Assembly: GCA_018435125.1 (NCBI GenBank)
Contig: JAHDNZ010000021.1
Location: forward strand, 5,539-69,538
DNA length: 64,000 nucleotides
DNA from: Bacillota bacterium
Lineage (GTDB): Bacteria; Bacillota; DTU065
Direction of reading: 5' to 3'
The notes under the pieces: model-generated
The model's database searches: none
What the model was told of the DNA's origin: nothing
The model's input: the letters and a program-made list of their open reading frames with translations, nothing else
Position numbers and translations under genes: made by a program
Part shown: in pieces, positions 57,318 through 64,000 of the stretch
How positions within the stretch are numbered: the stretch's first letter is position 1
Layout: each line of letters starts with the position of its first letter

Positions 57318-58214
57318 ATGCCCGATTTCGAAAGACAAATCCTGGAAGAGTTTACAGAACTAGTCCAGATAATCTCAAGCGAAGTTATGGCTAATACGGT
57401 AACACCGGCTTTTAGAGATGAAGTAGAGCACTGGACTTATAAGGCTCAAGAAAAAATAAACAACCTTGAAAAATTATTTCATGAAAATGTTCTAATACTA
57501 AACAATCTAGTAAAAAATGCTTCCCAATCCCTCGAAAATGCGTTATTAGCTCTGGCAAATAACCGTGTAGAGATCAGAGACCTATTTCGTCAAACAGAAA
57601 GACTAGAACAGAGTTTAAAAAATCTCAGTGAAACTGCAACTCTACCGGATAAGCTGACAGAGATTAATTTAAATCTAAAAAAGCTTTCTGTATTAACATC
57701 CCAAATAGAACAACATTCAAACGAATATCAACGCCTTTTAAGTGAAAATCAAAAAGAACTTTTCCTCATTAAACAGAGTTTTTTACAAACAGAAGAAAAA
57801 CTTCTTTATGATAATCAAAAAGCTAATCAAAAGCTTATCGAAACAGGCGAAAGACTTAAAATTAATTATAGTGAGCTTACAACTGAAATAAAACAAACAG
57901 AAGCTGCATTAAAAAATGCTTTTTTAGAAACAGAGAATAATCTGATAGCACAACTAACCAGGCTACAGGAAATAGGTGAGACAACCAAGGGTTTATCTGA
58001 AAACAGTTTTAATGAACTAAAAGCTACTGCAAACACTCTAGCAACTAATATAATTGCATTGCAAACACAGATGGAAAAAAATAAAGAGGTAAATCAAGAT
58101 GAAATGGCAGTTCTAAGAACTGAGATACTTAAAAAACTCGATATCTTAACAGTAGCAGTATTTATTTTTGGTAGTGCAGTCCTGACACTTCTTGTCTGGA
58201 TTATGTTTATCTAA
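57318..58214 (+). CDS. tail-anchored coiled-coil protein
   Basis: AAAGGGGTGG RBS. About 270 aa of heptad-like Leu/Glu/Lys/Asn/Gln-rich sequence. Single C-terminal TM LDILTVAVFIFGSAVLTLLVWIMFI. Confidence 0.7.
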   Translation: MPDFERQILEEFTELVQIISSEVMANTVTPAFRDEVEHWTYKAQEKINNLEKLFHENVLILNNLVKNASQSLENALLALANNRVEIRDLFRQTERLEQSLKNLSETATLPDKLTEINLNLKKLSVLTSQIEQHSNEYQRLLSENQKELFLIKQSFLQTEEKLLYDNQKANQKLIETGERLKINYSELTTEIKQTEAALKNAFLETENNLIAQLTRLQEIGETTKGLSENSFNELKATANTLATNIIALQTQMEKNKEVNQDEMAVLRTEILKKLDILTVAVFIFGSAVLTLLVWIMFI

Positions 58215-58228
58215 AGAAGGTGAGCTAA

Positions 58229-60217
58229 TTGGCTTCAGAAAATATAGACTTAAACGAAAAATCGGTGCATAGTATATTACGGCTTTTTAGACGATTTTCT
58301 ACTAGAGTATATACTAAAGAAATAAAAGCCTTAGAAAAAACACTGGCCAACAAAAGTTGTCAGCTCCTACAGTTAACAAATGAACTGGCTATATATTCTG
58401 AAGCTGAGATGCTTGGCTTTTTAGTAGCAGAAATAAAAACAAAGGCCACTGAACTAGAAAAGTTAGCCTTAGAGCTAAAAGATAAATTCTTAATCTTTGT
58501 TGTAGGTATGGGCAAATATGGCAAATCAACTTTAGTAAATGCCTTGGCTGGTTCTAAAGTGGCTGAGGTGGATATTTTACCCAAAACCTGGAAGATTGAT
58601 ATCTATGAAGAAAATGAGGCAAACGAAGCTGAAATTCGCTATTTAAATGGCCAAAGACAAGTTGTGTCTCTGGAAAAAGCCAAGCAAATAATAAAAGAAG
58701 AAGAAGATAAACGCCGAGAAACGGAAATGTTAGTGGCCAGTGAATTGCAAAAAATGCTACCGTATCTTGATAATTTAAAGGAGAAGGAAGAATTAAAAAA
58801 AGCTTTAGCTAAAAAGCTTCTTTACATATCAACTATTTCTGAAGTTAAATGGCCATGTAAAAAAAGTCCTTTTCTTAATTATTTTCGCCTGGTTGATACG
58901 CCAGGGCTCTATCAAGATACTCCCGGACTTGAAAATAAGGAAGATATCAGACAGTTCTACCACAAAGCACATGGCGTTTTGTGGCTGCTTGATGCGACAA
59001 AGATTACTTCGCAGAGATCGAAACAGATGGTAGAGGAGTTAAATGAAGCTCTTAAAAAAGTAAGCTCAGAGACACAGAATATTATTGGGGTATTAAATCG
59101 CATAGACTTGATTGAAAACGAAGGAGAAGATGCTGTCAGTAAAGTTTTAGCAGAAGCAGAAAGACTCTTTCAAGGGACATTTCGTGCCTTAGTGCCTCTT
59201 TCGGCCAAACTTGCTGAAAAAGGAGTTCTGGAAAATGACAGCAATTTAATTAAAAAAAGTGGTTTAGCTACACTTTACAACGAAATCGACGACCTTTTTT
59301 TAGCACAAGCTTCAGCATGTAAATATCAAAGTGCGGTAGATGGCTTTAAACTAATACAAGCTTCGCTTTTACCAACAGTTAAAATATATTTGGAAAGATT
59401 AAAAAAGGATTATCATTATTATAAGGAATTGAAAGATCAAACCGATCGGGCGCTTTTTGAATTACAAAGTAGATTTAGTGAGGAACTTCGGGTAATATTG
59501 ATAAATTATAAAAAAGATGTCAAAGCCAATATTGGCAAAAATGCCGAGATTCTACTTAATCCAAACTATAAAGCTGAAGTTAAAGAGACATATTTAAGAG
59601 AAGTAATTTTTCGAGAAAATTACTTTGCCGCCCAGCTCAACTCTTTTCAGTTACGTATGATTGAAACGCTTGAATTTACTAACCGGCTTTTGATAAAAAA
59701 GTCTGTCTTTAGAGAGTTTGAAAACCTAAGTTTAAAAAGTGTATTACTAGTATATAAACAGTTGCAATCTGAAGATAAACTTTCGATATCAGCTCTAACT
59801 AGCGATGAGGAATTTGGTTTGGCATCGGTACTTACTTTTGCTGCCAGTGGCTTCTTATTGGGACCTCTCGGTTTAGTAATTACCGGTATTACCGGGCTTA
59901 CAGGTCTATTGAGACAAGCATATGTTAATCTTTATCAACTGCCAAAAATACGCAGTGAATTAGAAAAATATCTTGATCTGGTAGTAAAAAAAGCTGAAGA
60001 AGAATTAACAGCAAGTCTGGAAGATGGTTTGGAAAAAACAGCTAAGCAAATCAATCGCATTCGCTCGGAAACCTATTCTTTTTTACATGGACCTTTTGAA
60101 AAAACTGCTGAAGTTATCTCTGTTTTAGAAAAATTAATTGAGTTATTAACTGAGGATCTAGAAGTAGATGTCGATCTAAAAAACACTATCTTAGGAGGTG
60201 AGAGGGATTGGAATTGA
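58229..60217 (+). CDS. bacterial dynamin-like protein 1
   Basis: G1 GMGKYGKST, G3 DTPG, G4 NRID. Hydrophobic paddle ...LASVLTFAASGFLLGPLGLVITGITGLTGLL... TTG start 14 nt after the upstream stop. Confidence 0.8.
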   Translation: MASENIDLNEKSVHSILRLFRRFSTRVYTKEIKALEKTLANKSCQLLQLTNELAIYSEAEMLGFLVAEIKTKATELEKLALELKDKFLIFVVGMGKYGKSTLVNALAGSKVAEVDILPKTWKIDIYEENEANEAEIRYLNGQRQVVSLEKAKQIIKEEEDKRRETEMLVASELQKMLPYLDNLKEKEELKKALAKKLLYISTISEVKWPCKKSPFLNYFRLVDTPGLYQDTPGLENKEDIRQFYHKAHGVLWLLDATKITSQRSKQMVEELNEALKKVSSETQNIIGVLNRIDLIENEGEDAVSKVLAEAERLFQGTFRALVPLSAKLAEKGVLENDSNLIKKSGLATLYNEIDDLFLAQASACKYQSAVDGFKLIQASLLPTVKIYLERLKKDYHYYKELKDQTDRALFELQSRFSEELRVILINYKKDVKANIGKNAEILLNPNYKAEVKETYLREVIFRENYFAAQLNSFQLRMIETLEFTNRLLIKKSVFREFENLSLKSVLLVYKQLQSEDKLSISALTSDEEFGLASVLTFAASGFLLGPLGLVITGITGLTGLLRQAYVNLYQLPKIRSELEKYLDLVVKKAEEELTASLEDGLEKTAKQINRIRSETYSFLHGPFEKTAEVISVLEKLIELLTEDLEVDVDLKNTILGGERDWN

Positions 60218-62043
60218 ATTGGCCGGAAGAACTAAACAACATAAAAAAGCTAATGCAAGAAAGCCCTTTTTTAACGGAGAGTTTTCAAAAACTTGCTGAA
60301 ATACAAACAATTACTGCCACAAACCAGTACCTATCTATGCTAGATACCATAATAAATAACCTGGATAAACCTCTAAAAATAGTTTTTATGGGAGAAGTCA
60401 AGGCCGGTAAATCAACCCTATTTAATGCTATAGTTGGTGCAGAGATATCCCCAGCTGATGTTTTAGAAACTACCTTAGCAATTATTGAGATCAGCTATGC
60501 AGAAAAATCCATGGGCTTTATTAAAAGAGATGACCAAGAAATTGTCAATGGAGATGCTGAAAAAATCTTAGCCATCATCAAATTTTATCATGGCCAGAGA
60601 GAATATTTTAAAGGTACGGTTATAGTTAGTCTTTCCTTGCCATTTTTGGTTTTAAAAGAGTTCACACTGGTAGATACGCCTGGTATTTTAAATATTAACG
60701 CTAAGAACTCAGTTACAGCGAAAAATTATGTTAATGAAGCCGATTTGGTCTTATGGGTTTTGAATGCGCATCACTTAGGACAAATAGATATCTCAGATGA
60801 ACTAGCTGAGGTCTCTAATTTAGGTAAACCAGTTGTGGGTATTATTAACCGTATTGATCAAATAGATGGTAGTAAAGAACGTCTCAAACAATATGTGCAA
60901 AATGAAATGGGTATCTATTTTAAAGATATATTTTGTTTAAGTGCTCAAAAAGCCTGGCAGGGAGTACGAGATAATAATCGTAGACTCGTGCAAGAAAGTG
61001 GCTTAGAACAACTCCTTACCTACATTAGAGAAGAGATCGGCTACCAGGCTTGGCAAGTTAAAGAAGAGAGCACAAAAACATCAGCAGCAGCTCTTTTTGA
61101 TAGGTTTATCACCTTACATCAAGAGTTTCAGGAAAGTTTAAATCTTATTTTAAGTGAATTAGCAATCTATACTAAAGAACTTGAGTTAAAAGCTTCAGAG
61201 ATCGAACGCAGAATAGAGAGTTACCTTAGGGTGCAGGTTTTTGACACTCTTTTTGCGGAAGAATTAAATATGTTAGACGAACGAATTCAAAGATTATCTT
61301 TGGCTACAACTCCAGAAGAGAAAATTAATCTAATCCAACAGCTCAACAATTCGTTTGGGACAAACGTAATTAAAGATTGGTGGGAAAATACCGAAAAGGT
61401 AATCTCTACTATGTATTCTACTGAATGGTGGGAAGCGGCTAAAGATATCGAAGATTCCAAATTACGAATGTTAGACGAGTTTGATCGACTCGATCGTTTT
61501 GCAGTTAGTGGAAATTTAAAAAAGACCGAATTAAATGTAGATGCTGCAGCTATCGATGGCTTGAGCCACGGTTTGTTTATTGGCACAGCTTTTGGTGTTG
61601 GAATTGCTTCTTATACGACATTTATAGGCTCAGCAGCAACTTATCTTTCTTTAGGTTCTGCCCTTGTTACATTTATACCACCTTTAGCAATTGCTGGAGG
61701 TTTGGCCGGTATGATGTCCAAAGCTTGGCAAGCTGATCGCGAACGGAGAGATTATGTGGTTAAATTAAGAACAGCTGTTAATATAGCTCGTGATGAAATT
61801 TGGAAAAACATAATCGAAGGTCGAGTTCTTCCCAATTTATATCAAAACAGTGAACGAACCGTTTCATTATTAAAAGAAGCCTATTTGACAGAGCTTTCAG
61901 GCTGGGATGTTGATAAATTAAATAGTATGGAACAGGACTTGAGAATATTTCTAGACAAAACAAGCAGAGCCAAAAAACTCTTTCTTCAAGACCAAAATGA
62001 CGAAAATAAAAAAGAAAACGAAAAAGAAAATCAAACTGTATGA
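60208..62043 (+). CDS. bacterial dynamin-like protein 2
   Basis: G1 GEVKAGKST, G3 DTPG, G4 NRID. Hydrophobic paddle ...FIGTAFGVGIASYTTFIGSAATYLSLGSALVTFIPPLAIAGGLAG... TTG start overlaps the DLP1 stop by 10 nt and follows GGAGGTGAG. Confidence 0.8.
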   Translation: MELNWPEELNNIKKLMQESPFLTESFQKLAEIQTITATNQYLSMLDTIINNLDKPLKIVFMGEVKAGKSTLFNAIVGAEISPADVLETTLAIIEISYAEKSMGFIKRDDQEIVNGDAEKILAIIKFYHGQREYFKGTVIVSLSLPFLVLKEFTLVDTPGILNINAKNSVTAKNYVNEADLVLWVLNAHHLGQIDISDELAEVSNLGKPVVGIINRIDQIDGSKERLKQYVQNEMGIYFKDIFCLSAQKAWQGVRDNNRRLVQESGLEQLLTYIREEIGYQAWQVKEESTKTSAAALFDRFITLHQEFQESLNLILSELAIYTKELELKASEIERRIESYLRVQVFDTLFAEELNMLDERIQRLSLATTPEEKINLIQQLNNSFGTNVIKDWWENTEKVISTMYSTEWWEAAKDIEDSKLRMLDEFDRLDRFAVSGNLKKTELNVDAAAIDGLSHGLFIGTAFGVGIASYTTFIGSAATYLSLGSALVTFIPPLAIAGGLAGMMSKAWQADRERRDYVVKLRTAVNIARDEIWKNIIEGRVLPNLYQNSERTVSLLKEAYLTELSGWDVDKLNSMEQDLRIFLDKTSRAKKLFLQDQNDENKKENEKENQTV

Positions 62044-62320
62044 AAAAAGTGACACCTTAATATGAATAAGAGTCTCAATGACTGTAAACTTTTGAAGGCC
62101 CAGGCAGCAAAGCTATTTGATCTGGTTTTTTTAACAAACTATCTCCTAACTCAAAAAGACCAAGTGGTCACATGATGATAAAATAAATTAACTTCAACTG
62201 GAGCGCACCAAAAGGTTAATTAAAAGTAAAAAAGAGTAGTCTCTTAATGAGAATTGGTAAAATTAAGCAGCTGATTTTGAATTTATTTCAACTCATTTAT
62301 TGAGGAGTGAGGAAAAATAA

Positions 62321-63130
62321 GTGAAAAACATTGTCAAGTTTTACCCTAAGGGAAAGGTGCCAGCAAAAGAGATTGCAATAAAGGCTAAAAAAGAGAATCT
62401 GCAAGGACTAGCTATACCTATGCCATACAATAAGGGTAATAATAGTTCCGAGTATACTAATCTGGTTAATCTAAAAAAAGAACTGGAAAAAGAAAAACTT
62501 GAATTAGGTTTGATAGCACCTTTTTTCTATGCACCTGAAATTTGGGAAAAATATCCTAACAAACGAGCTAAAAAAAGTGATGTCGATTGGCCAAGTTTAT
62601 CTTGGTATAAACCATTATGTCCTATTTACCCAGGGCTATTTGAAGAAAGACTAGCTCTTCTAGAAGAAGCAGTTAATAAAATAAATCCAGTTTTTATCGG
62701 TTTGGATTTTTTCCGTTTTCCACTTTTTTGGGAAGAACTTGATGATCACATGATACTTAAAACCTGTAGCTGCAAAGGTTGCAGTAGTTTAGATAAAAGA
62801 ACTGCTATTATCTACCAAATGGCCAAAGAAGTGAAAAAAAGGCTACCTAATCTTTTGATTACTATTCATTTAGTTCCCTTTATCGACACTAAGACTACTA
62901 AGATCACAGGACAAGACCCAAAATTACTGGCCCAGGCGATTGATTCTTTATCGCCCATGCTTTATAACAATTTGCTAAAAAAAGAACCTGATTTTATTAT
63001 AAATACTTTACTAAAACAAGAAGATTACACCGTTTGGCCTTCCTTGGAGATTGCCTGGAAAGATAATTTATATCTGCAAGAAGCACTAACTAAATATGCC
63101 AGGATACTTTATTTTCATTGGCCAGATTAA
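62321..63130 (+). CDS. hypothetical protein, possibly a small GHL-type TIM-barrel protein
   Basis: GAGGAGTGAGG RBS and GTG. ...VFIGLDFFRFPLFWEE... resembles the GxxxDYxR(Y/F) segment of the two GHL10 genes. Weak call. Confidence 0.35.
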   Translation: MKNIVKFYPKGKVPAKEIAIKAKKENLQGLAIPMPYNKGNNSSEYTNLVNLKKELEKEKLELGLIAPFFYAPEIWEKYPNKRAKKSDVDWPSLSWYKPLCPIYPGLFEERLALLEEAVNKINPVFIGLDFFRFPLFWEELDDHMILKTCSCKGCSSLDKRTAIIYQMAKEVKKRLPNLLITIHLVPFIDTKTTKITGQDPKLLAQAIDSLSPMLYNNLLKKEPDFIINTLLKQEDYTVWPSLEIAWKDNLYLQEALTKYARILYFHWPD

Positions 63131-63239
63131 AACAAACAGCGCTAGTTAAATTTACTGCGTATTATCTGTTAGCACTGTTAGTTTATTGACTTTTGGCATC
63201 TTGGCTAGGTCTTTTCTTTTGGTATTCGCAACACTAAAA

Positions 63240-64000
63240 GACCGCTATTTAAGGAAGCGTGAGCTTGTTTAAAAAGGACAAAAGTAGGGTATTCGAACAT
63301 AGCGTTCAAGTATTACGAGGATGTGTAAAGTACTTGAAGTGTCTACTAGTGGCTACTATGCATGGTAAAAAGGCCTAAGGCCAAACGGGACATTGAAAAT
63401 GAGAGCTTAGACGATACTAAAACTACTTTTTTATAAATCAAACAAAGTCTTTAGTAGTAGAAAAGTAAAAAGACAAATAGAAAAAACACCTTTGAAAGAA
63501 AGACGCTCTAAACTGCTTAAAATCAATCATAAGAGAATAGAGCGACTAATGTAAGATAATGGCATACAGTCTAAAACAAAGAAAAAATATAAAGCCAAAA
63601 CTAACTCAAATCACGATCTTCCTGTAGCAGAGTCATTCTAATCAGGGATTTCGTTGCAGAAGCTCCAGATAGAATTAATATCAGATATCACATACATTGC
63701 AACAGATGTAGGCTGGCTTTATATAGCAGGGGTTATGGACCTCTGTGGCGGGGTAATAACCGGTTTATCAATGTCAGACAGAATGACAAAAGAGTTCGTA
63801 ATAGCTGCCTTAGAAGATCTTATAGAACCGGTGCAAAGGTTTTTAGAGCAATAGTTCATTCAGATAGAGGCTCCCAATATTGCTCCAACGCTTGTCAAGA
63901 AAAGCTAAAAGAGTATGGGTATATTTGCAGTATGTCTAGGAAGGGAAACTGCTGGATAATGCTCCAATGGAGTCCATTTGGGGTAAATTGAAGTAAGAGT
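63240..64000 (+). pseudogene. IS3-family (IS150-like) transposase orfB remnant, multiple stops, runs off window
   Basis: ...RRMCKVLEVSTSGYYAW*K..., ...[44 protein letters not shown]..., ...HSDRGSQY-like region in another frame. orfA is largely missing. Confidence 0.7.

Noticed and set aside
62061-62174. 37-codon ORF downstream of the second dynamin gene
   Set aside because: It has no RBS and no recognisable features, and it lies in an AT-rich spacer.

Overview
This 64-kb window looks like a chromosomal segment of a low-GC, anaerobe-like Firmicutes-type genome. A predicted outer-membrane beta-barrel hints at a diderm lineage such as Halanaerobiales, but that taxon guess is weak. About 60 intact CDS are supported. 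By eye I found no rRNA, tRNA or CRISPR array.

Housekeeping or recognisable genes:
- pduL, glpK, typA/bipA, an M42 peptidase, a Prx6-type peroxiredoxin and glycerate kinase
- a CPA2 antiporter with a P-II-like partner
- two NUDIX hydrolases, a PAP2 phosphatase and an EAL-HDOD protein

Accessory content:
1. A dispersed set of secreted, poorly characterised glycan-type proteins. These are GHL10/DUF187 (two copies), DUF4855-like, DUF4434-like, DUF1080/LamG-like, tandem discoidin paralogues and SGNH esterases. Part of the set sits next to a LacI regulator.
2. A compositionally foreign, heavily decayed island at about 32.3-38.8 kb. It holds IS1182-like, IS256-like, GNAT, Cys-rich and radical-SAM remnants. 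Three genes there are still intact, including a 542-aa sigma-70/ECF-type factor fused to a long C-terminal domain.
3. An AraC-GH4-GH172 sugar module with a convergent beta-propeller gene.
4. A BceRS/BceAB-type peptide-antibiotic resistance module. An uncharacterised 525-aa polytopic membrane protein is inserted as the first gene behind a BceR-type operator.
5. A right-hand accessory segment at 55.2-64 kb. It contains an orphan NusG paralogue, an RNase H fusion protein and a tight three-gene operon (tail-anchored coiled-coil protein plus two translationally coupled dynamin-like GTPases), and it ends in an IS3 remnant.

The best candidates for undescribed biology are the dynamin operon with its neighbours and the Bce module with the extra membrane protein. 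All family names are recognised from sequence motifs by eye, not from database searches.
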